Positions 48,467-57,676 of a stretch of DNA of 64,000 bases are shown here, piece after piece (positions within the stretch are counted from its first letter, which is position 1; every line of letters starts with the position of its first letter). Below the pieces are notes generated by a model that saw only the letters and a program-made list of their open reading frames with translations, was not told the origin of the DNA and did no database searches. The position numbers and the translations under genes are program-made. This DNA is from Bacteroidota bacterium (GTDB taxonomy: Bacteria; Bacteroidota; Ignavibacteria; Kapaibacteriales; UBA961): NCBI GenBank assembly GCA_020852855.1, contig JADZAA010000085.1, forward strand, positions 10,713-74,712, read 5' to 3'.

Positions 48467-48928
48467 TTACGCTTCGGCTTCCTGCAATTCGAATAGTCGC
48501 AGAATTTCCTCTTTTGTCGTGGCGGACTGTGCTTTCCTGCGGAAAGTGTCGTCGTTCATTATACGCGAGATTTTGCTTAGTAAGCGCAGATGCGTCCCGA
48601 CATTATTTTCGCGCCCTACCAACATAAACACGCAAGTTACCGGTTGATTATCGAGAGCCTGAAAATCCACCGGGCGCGCCAAAGTCATAAACGCTCCCGC
48701 CATATCGCTTACGGCATTGGTCTTGCCGTGTGGCAAAGCGAACCCTTTTCCTATGCCTGTTGACATAAGCCGCTCGCGCTCCATAACTACGCGCAGCACT
48801 TCGCCGGCATCGACGATTTTTCCCGAAGCCGACATAGACGCTATCATAGCGTTAAAAATCGCTTCTTTGGTTTCGCCTTCAAAATTTACGATAATTGCAT
48901 CGCCCGATAGCGCATCTGTCAGTTTCAT
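48467..48928 (-). CDS. ptsN: PTS EIIA-Ntr-type regulatory protein
   Basis: EIIA(Fru/Mtl/Ntr) fold with active-site motif GKGFALPHG (consensus GIAIPHG). 153 aa. Confidence 0.75.
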   Translation of the reverse strand: MKLTDALSGDAIIVNFEGETKEAIFNAMIASMSASGKIVDAGEVLRVVMERERLMSTGIGKGFALPHGKTNAVSDMAGAFMTLARPVDFQALDNQPVTCVFMLVGRENNVGTHLRLLSKISRIMNDDTFRRKAQSATTKEEILRLFELQEAEA

Positions 48929-48976
48929 GGCGTTTCATAAAAATTAGTTCGCAGAATTTATTGTTTATGTTTGCCA

Positions 48977-51481
48977 CTATTCCGCACTCCATCGGCGAAT
49001 AAGTTCGGCGTATTCGTCGGACAGCGATTGAGCCGCCGCTTGCGTTTCACCTTCCGTAAAGACGAAGAACGAGGCGCGTTCCTTGTCGGGAAGCAACAAT
49101 ACCGAGTCTTGACCGAGAAAAACTTTTACGCCGTCTATCAGTTGTCGCTCTTCGCGTTCGGTATGCTCCATGGCGCGTCGCATAACGCGGCCTTTGGCTT
49201 CCCACGGGCAGGCTACGGAGGTTTGCACCTTGTATCGCATGGGGATTGCCGCATGGGCATCGGCTATGCTTAGTCCCGTCAGCGACATCATTTCGAGAAT
49301 TTTACCTACAGTGAACATCGCATCGGAGGCGAATAAATAATCTGGGAAAATAAAGCGTCCGCGCGAATCGCCCACAAAGGCCACGTCTTTATTTGTAGTG
49401 GCTTCCACCATAGCCGAGTGTGAGTTTTTGATGCGAATCACGTTCACGTCGTATTCGGCCGCCAAGATATCTATTTCCGCACTTGCTATAACCGGCACGG
49501 CAATAGAAAACGGGCGGTTGTCTTTGTTTGCTTCCAGAAAAAGTTTGACTACGATTGAAAGCAGTCGTTGCGGCGGATACCATACGCCGTATTCGTCTAC
49601 AATGGCTATTCTCTCGGCGGCGGCATCTATTTTGAAACCTAAAGGATAGCCAAGAGCACGCATAACCGATGAAACTTCTTCGGCTTCGGTAGAAGTGTTT
49701 GTATCGGAATACGAGCGCGTAAGGTCAATATAACTGTTCATCGAGACTGCGCCGCATTGCAATTGTCCGAGTATTTGCGGAAAAATTCCCGATGCCAAAC
49801 CGAAAGAATAATCTATGAGAAAATGAAATTTGCGGGCTGCAATTCCGGCCGCATCTAGCGAGTTTGTGAAACGATTGATGTAATGTTCGCTGGAGCGTTC
49901 CGGGAAACTGATATTGCCGACTTTGTCGAAAGCAACGCGGCGAATATCTTCGCCGAAAAATAGCCGTTCTATGGTTTTTGCCTTTGACGAAGGCAAATCG
50001 CGTCCGTCGCCGTTAAACAGAATAATATCCGTGCGGTCATTATAGCGTACCGAGCGTCGAATATGAATCCCTGCTGCATATTTGCCGTTGCGGAGCTCTT
50101 GGCGCGTTTGCGGTATGGAGGTTAATTGTAAATCGCCTACGCTTACGCCTACCGACATAAGCCCCGCATTTATGGCGCGTGCCGTCATGCGCGAGGCTGC
50201 GTCGGCATCGCGACTAAGCGCGACCGTAACTCCGGAGCCGAGTGCGCTGCCAATAGCGGAACCGAGCTTTGCGGCAAATTCGGGATTTACTTCGATATTT
50301 GTTTGCCCGCTTATTCTTGCTTCGGTAAATAGTTCGCGGAGCCATTTTTCTTCCTGCACCAAACTGCGCGATAGAATTGCGCCCGACTCTACCTGTTTGC
50401 GTGGCCAAAGTTTTATATTCGGTGCTAATTGCGCATAACTGCCGATATTGCAACGTTCCGCAATAAATACGTTTTCCTGAATAGTTGCGTCATTTCCGAT
50501 TATAGTATCGTTGCAAATAACGTCATCGGTAAGCGACGCACTTTCGCCAATCACCACATTATCCCAGATAACGCTGCCGGTTACGCGCGCACCGGAGCCG
50601 ATGGTAACGTTATTGCCTATTACGGAATCGCGTAAAAGAGCACCTTTGCCGACGGTTGAATTTTTTCCGGCCACGACTTTGCCTAAAATACGTGCATCAT
50701 CGGCTATTTCGGTGCCTTCGCCAATAATGCCGTTGGTAATAGGTGTTCCTTTCAGTTCCACTTTGACTTTACCGGCCAAAATATCGGCGCAAGCGGTTTG
50801 ATATTCGTTCAAATTGCCTATATCGCGCCAATACCCCTCGGCTATATATCCGTAAAGCGGAATATTCTCGCGCAACATAAGCGGATAAAGATCCTTGCTG
50901 AAATCGAATTCGCGCTGGAAAGGAATCAGGTCCAAAACGTCCGGTTCAAGAATATAAATTCCGGTGTTGATTGTATCGGAAAATACTTCGCCCCACGACG
51001 GTTTTTCAAGGAATCGGGTGATACGCCCTTCCGCGTCGGTCATTACAATTCCGAATTGCAAAGGGTTGGGAACGCGCGTCAGAAGTATGGTAGCCTTGGC
51101 ATTATTCTCGATGTGAAATTTAAGAGCATCTGAAATATCGAAATCCGTCAGCACGTCGCCGCTGATAATAATAAATCGTTCTTGTAATCCGATATGTTCG
51201 GCGGCGTTTTTTACGGCACCGGCCGTACCGTAATCGGCCATTGCTTGCACATACGACATATTGATGCCAAAATTCGAGCCGTCGCCGAAATGCGATTTGA
51301 TAATCTCCGGTTGATAATACAAAACAGAAAGTACATCGCCGATATTGTGCAATTTCAATAAATTAACTATATGTTCCATCATCGGAACATTCATCAACGG
51401 TGCCATCGGCTTTGGAATACTTGTAGTCAGAGGGCGCAGGCGCGTACCAAATCCACCCGCCATAATTACTGCCTTTTTCAT
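48977..51481 (-). CDS. Bifunctional sugar-1-phosphate nucleotidyltransferase (GDP-mannose pyrophosphorylase-like) / left-handed beta-helix / phosphomannomutase-phosphoglucomutase-like fusion protein
   Basis: N-terminal MKKAVIMAGGFGTRLRPLT (NTP-transferase G-x-G-T-R motif). Central hexapeptide-repeat region (I/V-G-x-x-x-x-I). C-terminal 450 aa with alpha-D-phosphohexomutase-like domains. Start trimmed to the ATG at 51481. Confidence 0.75.
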   Translation of the reverse strand: MKKAVIMAGGFGTRLRPLTTSIPKPMAPLMNVPMMEHIVNLLKLHNIGDVLSVLYYQPEIIKSHFGDGSNFGINMSYVQAMADYGTAGAVKNAAEHIGLQERFIIISGDVLTDFDISDALKFHIENNAKATILLTRVPNPLQFGIVMTDAEGRITRFLEKPSWGEVFSDTINTGIYILEPDVLDLIPFQREFDFSKDLYPLMLRENIPLYGYIAEGYWRDIGNLNEYQTACADILAGKVKVELKGTPITNGIIGEGTEIADDARILGKVVAGKNSTVGKGALLRDSVIGNNVTIGSGARVTGSVIWDNVVIGESASLTDDVICNDTIIGNDATIQENVFIAERCNIGSYAQLAPNIKLWPRKQVESGAILSRSLVQEEKWLRELFTEARISGQTNIEVNPEFAAKLGSAIGSALGSGVTVALSRDADAASRMTARAINAGLMSVGVSVGDLQLTSIPQTRQELRNGKYAAGIHIRRSVRYNDRTDIILFNGDGRDLPSSKAKTIERLFFGEDIRRVAFDKVGNISFPERSSEHYINRFTNSLDAAGIAARKFHFLIDYSFGLASGIFPQILGQLQCGAVSMNSYIDLTRSYSDTNTSTEAEEVSSVMRALGYPLGFKIDAAAERIAIVDEYGVWYPPQRLLSIVVKLFLEANKDNRPFSIAVPVIASAEIDILAAEYDVNVIRIKNSHSAMVEATTNKDVAFVGDSRGRFIFPDYLFASDAMFTVGKILEMMSLTGLSIADAHAAIPMRYKVQTSVACPWEAKGRVMRRAMEHTEREERQLIDGVKVFLGQDSVLLLPDKERASFFVFTEGETQAAAQSLSDEYAELIRRWSAE

Positions 51482-51681
51482 ATATGTTCTCCGTATTTTG
51501 AGGCTGCCGTTAATTAGATACGGCAATTTAGGAAATTTCGGCGGTTAGGCAAAAATCTTTCTTTTTGATTTTTACCTTGCAATTCGGTAGTTGTAGGGAA
51601 CTGTGAGCAACTTTTCGTCGGTGCGGCGCATTGTGCCGCAGTTTATATTTTTTTTAAAGTGTTTATACGAATAAAGCAGGG

Positions 51682-52575
51682 CTATTTACCTAACAGCTCG
51701 GCATGAAAACGCATAAGCGTTTCGGATTCCCATAAATCTCCGTAACGACTGTGAGAATATGCCAAATTGCGCATCAATCGCAGTATTACAGATAAATTGT
51801 CGGCACGTTCAAGCATGTGCTCTTTGAACTCCACGCCGTTTTTTTCGATAAATTCTTTGCAATCATCACGACTTACGAATACACCGCCGTTGAAAATATC
51901 CAGAAATATATTCAGAACAGGGCTGTAAACCAAGAAATGTATGGGCATACTCACGCCGTAAACCTCTGCACCCGAGCGTTCGGCTATGAGCATATAGATA
52001 ATCGCCAGCGCAACGGGAATACCTTTTTTACCGTTAAGAACGGAATGTATATAAGAGCAATCGGGGTCGTAATAGTCGTCTTTTGCACCGGTAAAGCCCA
52101 AATTCTCGAAAAATACGGCGTTAATTGCAAGAATATGTCCCAATTCGTCTGCGGAACGCGAGCGTATAAATTCTTCGTGAACCGACAAAGAAATTTGATT
52201 CAGCGCGGTATGAATTGCTTTACTGTCAATTTCGGGATGCCCGAATTTTGACAACAACGTAACAGCACATTCAAGGTCAGGTTCGCGTCCGTTTATTGCC
52301 GCTTCCCCTATCATACGCCGCAGGGCTGCAAGCGGCTGTTCCTGCAATCCGCGCAACGCACGCTCGGCATTGCGTCGCGCCGCCGTACTGGAATTACTTT
52401 GCATAACTGCACGAAGTTGAGGAGCAACCGAACCTCCCGTTTCGATAAGTTTTGCCTCGACTGCTTGTGCAACATTTTCGTCAGCGTCGTCAAGTAAGGC
52501 AAAAAGTGCTTCAGTTCGGCTTTCCTGCGAGTCGGACGTAACCGACGGATTGTAGTTCACAATCGGCATTGTCAT
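51682..52575 (-). CDS. Transglutaminase-like / SirB1-family protein
   Basis: Central GIPVALAIIYMLIAERSG...EVYGVSMPIHFLV segment (a conserved Cys-less variant of the transglutaminase-like core seen in the YchA/SirB1 family). C-terminal TPR-like helices. Its start ATG overlaps the LOG gene stop (ATGA). Confidence 0.5.
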   Translation of the reverse strand: MTMPIVNYNPSVTSDSQESRTEALFALLDDADENVAQAVEAKLIETGGSVAPQLRAVMQSNSSTAARRNAERALRGLQEQPLAALRRMIGEAAINGREPDLECAVTLLSKFGHPEIDSKAIHTALNQISLSVHEEFIRSRSADELGHILAINAVFFENLGFTGAKDDYYDPDCSYIHSVLNGKKGIPVALAIIYMLIAERSGAEVYGVSMPIHFLVYSPVLNIFLDIFNGGVFVSRDDCKEFIEKNGVEFKEHMLERADNLSVILRLMRNLAYSHSRYGDLWESETLMRFHAELLGK

Positions 52576-53453
52576 TGCTCCGATTTTTGTGCGGAAAAAC
52601 CCGGCGCATCGTCCGTTTGCAAATGATGCAACTCGGTTAACTGTTCCGTTAAAAATTTGAAAGCGTCGCACGGCGTGTCGCATATACGATATAGCGAAAG
52701 GTCATGCTCTTCGATAAGCCCCATTTCCACAAGATATTCAAAATTCAGCGTTTTTTTCCAAAATTTAGAACCGTATAAAACAACAGGTAAATGGCCGGGC
52801 AATTTATTTGTTTGCCGCAGCGTGAGAATTTCCATTAATTCGTCGAGCGTGCCAAAACCGCCCGGGCAGACAATCATCGCTTTTGCCAAAGATGCAAACC
52901 AGAATTTCCGCATAAAAAAGTAGTGAAATTCAAAATGCAAGTCGGGCGTGATGTATGGATTGGGAAATTGCTCGTATGGCAACGAGATATTCATACCTAT
53001 AGAATCGCCGCCCGAAATTGTAGCGCCTCTATTGGCGGCTTCCATTATTCCTGACCCGCCGCCGGAACATATTACAAAACGCTTGTGATGCGGCAGTTTT
53101 TTCGACCAATCGGTCAACATTCCGCATAAATCCACTGTATCGTTGTAATACTGCGTCATTTCCCATTGTTTTTTCAGCTTGTTTATTCTGCGCTCCACGT
53201 CCGGCCTGTCGCCGTCGTTTGCTTGCTCAAGATGCTTTTTAAGAACGGAATATTCGTATTGAAATTGTTCGGCCGAACGTATTCTTGCCGAGCCGAATAC
53301 TATAATGGTGTTGCGAATTTGCCGCTCGCGCAGTTGCCGCTCGGGCGATAAATATTCGGCTAAAATGCGCACCGGCCGCGCCGCGTCGCTGTGCAGGAAA
53401 TCTTCATTGTTATATGCAGGTTCTACGGCATGCTGTACGTATCGTTTTTCCAT
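52572..53453 (-). CDS. LOG-family (TIGR00730) nucleotide 5'-monophosphate nucleosidase-like protein with a roughly 90-aa N-terminal extension
   Basis: SGGGSGIMEAANRGA and PGGFGTLDELMEILT, the two hallmark LOG/PpnN motifs. Confidence 0.75.
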   Translation of the reverse strand: MEKRYVQHAVEPAYNNEDFLHSDAARPVRILAEYLSPERQLRERQIRNTIIVFGSARIRSAEQFQYEYSVLKKHLEQANDGDRPDVERRINKLKKQWEMTQYYNDTVDLCGMLTDWSKKLPHHKRFVICSGGGSGIMEAANRGATISGGDSIGMNISLPYEQFPNPYITPDLHFEFHYFFMRKFWFASLAKAMIVCPGGFGTLDELMEILTLRQTNKLPGHLPVVLYGSKFWKKTLNFEYLVEMGLIEEHDLSLYRICDTPCDAFKFLTEQLTELHHLQTDDAPGFSAQKSEQ

Positions 53454-53469
53454 AATTTATGTTAGATAT

Positions 53470-54201
53470 TCAACTTGTCAGCAAAATACCGCCGTCTATC
53501 GCCAGAACTTGTCCGGTGATGTAGCGGCTGGCCGTTGCAAAAAAATAAACCGCATCGAAAACGTCGTCGGGCGTTGCGTGGCGTTTCATCGGAATGCGCT
53601 CTACTGCACGAAGCGAATTTTCCGACGGCGAAGGTTCATCTGCTATCATCACCGCTCCCGGGCAAACGCAATTTACCGAAATTTCGGGGGCTAATTCGCG
53701 AGCAAGTGCTTTGGAAAGTTGAATTGCAGCCGCTTTTGAAACATTATACGGTATTCTTTGCCGCCATACTTGCAGACCGCCCAATGAGCTGACTATGATA
53801 ATTCGTCCATCCTCAGGACTAAGATCGGCGTATGCTTTAGCCGCATTGAACCCACCCAAAACATTTACGGCAAAGGCAGCGTTTAATTGTTCGTCATTAA
53901 GATTCGGCAAGGCTTCGGGCTTTGGGAATACGCCGCTGTTAGCCACTAAAACGCAAGGTGTTCCAAGAGTTTCGGCTGCTTGGTTTATTGCCGTGCGCAT
54001 TTCGTCGGTCGAGCGTGCATCTGCTTGCAAAGCGACTGCTTTGCGCCCCATTGTATGAATTTCTTCGACTGTTTGCAAAGCACCGTTTTCCGAAGTGAAA
54101 TAATGAACTGCCACGTCGTAGCCGCGCCGCGCAAATCCCAAAGCGAAATGCCGCCCAAGCCGCCGTCCCGCGCCTGTTATGAATACTGCATTGGAAGTCA
54201 T
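53470..54201 (-). CDS. SDR-family reductase, FolM/pteridine-reductase-like
   Basis: ITGAGRRLG cofactor motif (Arg-containing TGxxxRxG, typical of the FolM/PTR1 group). NSG and YNVSKAA catalytic motifs. Confidence 0.7.
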   Translation of the reverse strand: MTSNAVFITGAGRRLGRHFALGFARRGYDVAVHYFTSENGALQTVEEIHTMGRKAVALQADARSTDEMRTAINQAAETLGTPCVLVANSGVFPKPEALPNLNDEQLNAAFAVNVLGGFNAAKAYADLSPEDGRIIIVSSLGGLQVWRQRIPYNVSKAAAIQLSKALARELAPEISVNCVCPGAVMIADEPSPSENSLRAVERIPMKRHATPDDVFDAVYFFATASRYITGQVLAIDGGILLTS

Positions 54202-54680
54202 AGAGCGAAAATATAGGAAATTCGCGAAATTACCTTCAAGATTTTACTGCTGTACAATAAAGGGAGTGTTCGGTTTGCTGTTCTATCGGTTCTCTATTTT
54301 TTGACGGAACGGTTGTGAAATGCAGGAATATAGAAAGTATCTTGAATTTAACGGACGGGCGCAACGAAACAGTTAAACAAAAAGAAAATTTCAGATACCA
54401 TAGAGCAATAAACCAAGCAAATATTGCCGCAAACCGAATCATAGATCGTTTCTGAACTGTAAATACATAATCCGGTATTTATTTGGGATAACAATCCGTT
54501 TTATTAACCTTTAACGGTTCTTGATTTTCTAAGGTGAGTATAGTGTAAATTTTAAGATGAAACCACAATTTAATATTAATAAAAATTATTATCTCATGCT
54601 GATTATTTATTTTCTTGTGTATATGACTGCGGATGCTACAATTCTTTTATCATATAAAGAACTCACGGTCTGTCCTTGCG

Positions 54681-54712
54681 AAAAAAAACAAAAAGGCGAG
54701 AAAAATCCCGCC
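54681..54712 (-). terminator. Weak putative terminator downstream of the MCP gene
   Basis: On the minus strand: GGCGGGA-ttttt-CTCGCC (6 bp including one G.U pair) followed by TTTTTTGTTTTTTTT. Confidence 0.3.
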
Positions 54713-54752
54713 CTTTGACGAAACAACCTATATTTTTCGAATATACGAAACG

Positions 54753-56186
54753 CTAATTCATGGATTTGGACATTTCGACCAACGATTCTATTTGGTCGTT
54801 AAGTGAATTGACGGATTCGGCTATGTTTTCCGTAACCTCCGCGCTTTCGCGGCCGGAAATCATCAATGCGCCGATTCTGTCGGAAATTTCGCTTGATGCA
54901 TAGGTTTGCTCTTCAGATGCGGCTGCTATATGCGTTGTTATACGTTCAACTTCTTGTACACTTTTAAAAATATTCGAGAACTCGCGCTCCGCACGTTCAG
55001 CCTGATACAAGCCTTTCTCTACAGCCTGTAAACTGTCGCGCGTAGCTTGAACGCTGTTTTGGGCATTTATATTGATTTGCTTGATAATTACGGCTATATC
55101 CGCTGTAGTTTGCTGTGTTTTTTCGGCTAATTTCCGCACCTCGTCCGCCACTACCGCAAATCCGCGCCCGTATTCGCCGGCACGTGCCGCCTCGATGGCA
55201 GCGTTCAAAGCGAGTAAATTTGTTTGGTCGGCTATTTCGTAAATCATTCGCGCCGATTCGGCTATTCTTTGTGACGCACTTTCAAATTCTCCTATGATTT
55301 TGGCTGTATTACGAGTCAATTCTACTATTTCTTGTATGGAAGCGCGTGTTTGCACAGCAATGGTGTTGCCGGCTCCGGCTGCACGTGCCGTATCCTGCAC
55401 CAAGTTTGCTATATTTTGTAAATTCTCGGAGTTGGATGCGCTTGTTTGATGCAACTCTTTGGTCGAATGGGTGATGCTCGTCAAATTATTCGACTGCTCC
55501 GCTACGGTGGACGACATTTCTTCTACGGCGGTTGCTATAGCTGCCGAAGAAGAAGCCACATTGCGTGAAGTATGTTCAATTTGATGAAGCAGGTTCTCTA
55601 TCGTAGTCGTAGAATTTATGATAGACTCTATTGCCTGATTTACATGAGTGCCGGCAACGCCAAATTCGCCCCGCAAACCGTTCGTAAGAGCATGGCGAAA
55701 ATATTTTTTCTTTTCCGCATAGGATACAGCCGTCTGAATCTCGCGCGACATCGCTTCTATTTGGTCTAAAATATCGTTAACCAACCAAGCGGTTTTATAG
55801 AACAAACCCGACTCCGGCGTATTAACCAAACGATTCTCGAACGACCCTTGCGAGGCTTCCGTCGCAAGTTCTTCAATCGAACGCAATATCCGTAATTCGC
55901 TTTCGGGAATATTTGATTGACGGCGTTTCCGAACGAAATTTGCCGTCGAATTGAATCTGCGTTGCGCAAGTGCGTAAAAAGCCTCGCTTTTTACGATAAA
56001 GTCCGCTGCAAACGAAACAACGAATATCGTGGCACAAAGTGCAATAAACAAGGCAGCGTCGTGCACCCAAAAGAACAAGGAGCACAGCCCGGCCAAAGCT
56101 AATAACAAAGGTATCTTGCGAAAAAATGATTTCGCAAAATCAGAGAGTATTGATGAATTCTTCATAGTTTGCTCCGTGCTGCGCAA
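54753..56186 (-). CDS. Methyl-accepting chemotaxis protein lacking a sensor domain (two N-terminal TM helices, then a cytoplasmic signalling domain)
   Basis: Highly conserved MCP signalling hairpin [38 protein letters not shown]. Methylation-helix repeats. N-terminal hydrophobic hairpin with no periplasmic domain. The start may instead be the second ATG at 56165. Confidence 0.9.
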   Translation of the reverse strand: MRSTEQTMKNSSILSDFAKSFFRKIPLLLALAGLCSLFFWVHDAALFIALCATIFVVSFAADFIVKSEAFYALAQRRFNSTANFVRKRRQSNIPESELRILRSIEELATEASQGSFENRLVNTPESGLFYKTAWLVNDILDQIEAMSREIQTAVSYAEKKKYFRHALTNGLRGEFGVAGTHVNQAIESIINSTTTIENLLHQIEHTSRNVASSSAAIATAVEEMSSTVAEQSNNLTSITHSTKELHQTSASNSENLQNIANLVQDTARAAGAGNTIAVQTRASIQEIVELTRNTAKIIGEFESASQRIAESARMIYEIADQTNLLALNAAIEAARAGEYGRGFAVVADEVRKLAEKTQQTTADIAVIIKQININAQNSVQATRDSLQAVEKGLYQAERAEREFSNIFKSVQEVERITTHIAAASEEQTYASSEISDRIGALMISGRESAEVTENIAESVNSLNDQIESLVEMSKSMN

Positions 56187-56661
56187 GAAAGTTTAACAAA
56201 TAATCCATAGAGGCTTGTGCGCCTTGTTTTCGATTGGGGTATTGTCGCTCCACTTCAAGCATCGTAGCGTAAATTTTTTCGACTTCGCGCAATGCCGAGC
56301 GTTTTGGCATACGGCGTACTGAATAGTAGCCGACAATTTTACTATTAGTGTCGAACGACGGAGTTACATTAGCCAAAATCCAATAGAACGAACCGTCTTT
56401 GCTGGAGTTTTTGATGTATCCAAAGAACTCGTTACCGACGCTGATTACCGACCAAAGCAACTTAAAAACGCCGCCCGGCATATCGCTGTGCCGGATAATA
56501 TTATGATTTTTTCCGACCAATTCCTGCTCTGTATAGCCGGTTATTTCAATAAAAGGTTGATTCGCATATTTAATAATTCCCTTTAGGTCGGTCTTGGAAA
56601 CTAAAAAATCCTGCTCGCGTACCATTCGTTCGGATTGTGCCGACAGCGCGATTGCTTTCAT
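56140..56661 (-). CDS. Stand-alone Aer-type (FAD-binding) PAS domain protein, copy 1
   Basis: [50 protein letters not shown] closely parallels the E. coli Aer PAS core (TDLxGxITxANDAFVxxSGYxxxELxGQPHNxVRHPDMPxAAFADMW). Its 3' end overlaps the MCP start by 26-47 nt. Confidence 0.8.
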   Translation of the reverse strand: MKAIALSAQSERMVREQDFLVSKTDLKGIIKYANQPFIEITGYTEQELVGKNHNIIRHSDMPGGVFKLLWSVISVGNEFFGYIKNSSKDGSFYWILANVTPSFDTNSKIVGYYSVRRMPKRSALREVEKIYATMLEVERQYPNRKQGAQASMDYLLNFLAQHGANYEEFINTL

Positions 56662-56820
56662 CAGTACAAGTTGTAAATTGAAAAATATGGCGACCTTAGG
56701 TGCCGCCATTTATGGCGCAAACTTTATAAAAATACGACGCAAAAACGACGTATAACACATAAAAGGAAAAAACCAAGATAAGTCTTTGCCATTATAGCTA
56801 CGTCTTCTATTTTTCAAGTG

Positions 56821-57342
56821 TTAAAGGGCAATTACAAATTCATCATAGCTTGCTCCGTGTTGCGCAAGAAAGTTTAACAAATAATCCATAGACGCTTGCG
56901 CACCTTGTTTTCTATTGGGGTATTGCCGCTCCACTTCAAGCATCGTAGCGTAAATTTTTTCGACTTCGCGCAATGCCGAGCGTTTTGGCATACGGCGCAC
57001 GGAATAGTAACCGATAATTTTACCGTTAGCGTCGAACGACGGCGTTATATTGGCAAAAACCCAGTAGAACGGACCGTCTTTGCTGGAGTTTTTGACATAA
57101 GCAAAAATTTCGTCGCCGCCGGCGACCACTTCCCAAAGCAACTTAAAAACGCCGCCCGGCATATCGCTGTGCCGGATAATATTATGATTTTTTCCGACCA
57201 ATTCCCGCTCCGTATAGCCGGTTATTTCAATAAAGGGTTGATTCGCATATTTAATAATTCCCTTTAAGTCGGTCTTGGATACTAAAAAATCTTGCTCGCG
57301 TACCATTCGCTCGGATTGCGCCGACAGCGCGATTGATTTCAT
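56821..57342 (-). CDS. Stand-alone Aer-type (FAD-binding) PAS domain protein, copy 2 (tandem paralog)
   Basis: Same length (173 aa) as copy 1. Roughly 90% identical to it at protein and nucleotide level, by manual comparison of the two listed ORFs. The listed ORF start at 57624 is trimmed to the ATG at 57342. Confidence 0.8.
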   Translation of the reverse strand: MKSIALSAQSERMVREQDFLVSKTDLKGIIKYANQPFIEITGYTERELVGKNHNIIRHSDMPGGVFKLLWEVVAGGDEIFAYVKNSSKDGPFYWVFANITPSFDANGKIIGYYSVRRMPKRSALREVEKIYATMLEVERQYPNRKQGAQASMDYLLNFLAQHGASYDEFVIAL

Positions 57343-57676
57343 CTTTAAAATGTTGAGATTTGTAAGAAATAGGACGAGCTTAAAGCCGCCCTTATTTGCG
57401 GAGAATCTGCAAAAATACAACAAAAAACGAGGTGTAACACGCTGTTTTACTCTTGCATAATGCGTTTTATGCAGGGAATGGAGGTCTTTGTAGTTCAATG
57501 CCGAGGGCGGGAAATATCGAGAGTGCAAAAATAATCGTAACGCCGTAAGTGTATCGCGTATTATGCAAGGGTTGCACCAAAAAGAGCAGATAAAATACAG
57601 CAGTGCAACAGGCACTTCATACAAGCAACGGAAGGATTTGATTTTTATGTTTTATCACGCATGGAACGATGTGTTT

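Noticed and set aside
57343-57676. Possible ncRNA (short hairpin TGCATAA...TTATGCA) between PAS copy 2 and the membrane protein gene
   Set aside because: Only a 7-bp stem with no flanking conserved structure. More likely an ordinary promoter/terminator region.
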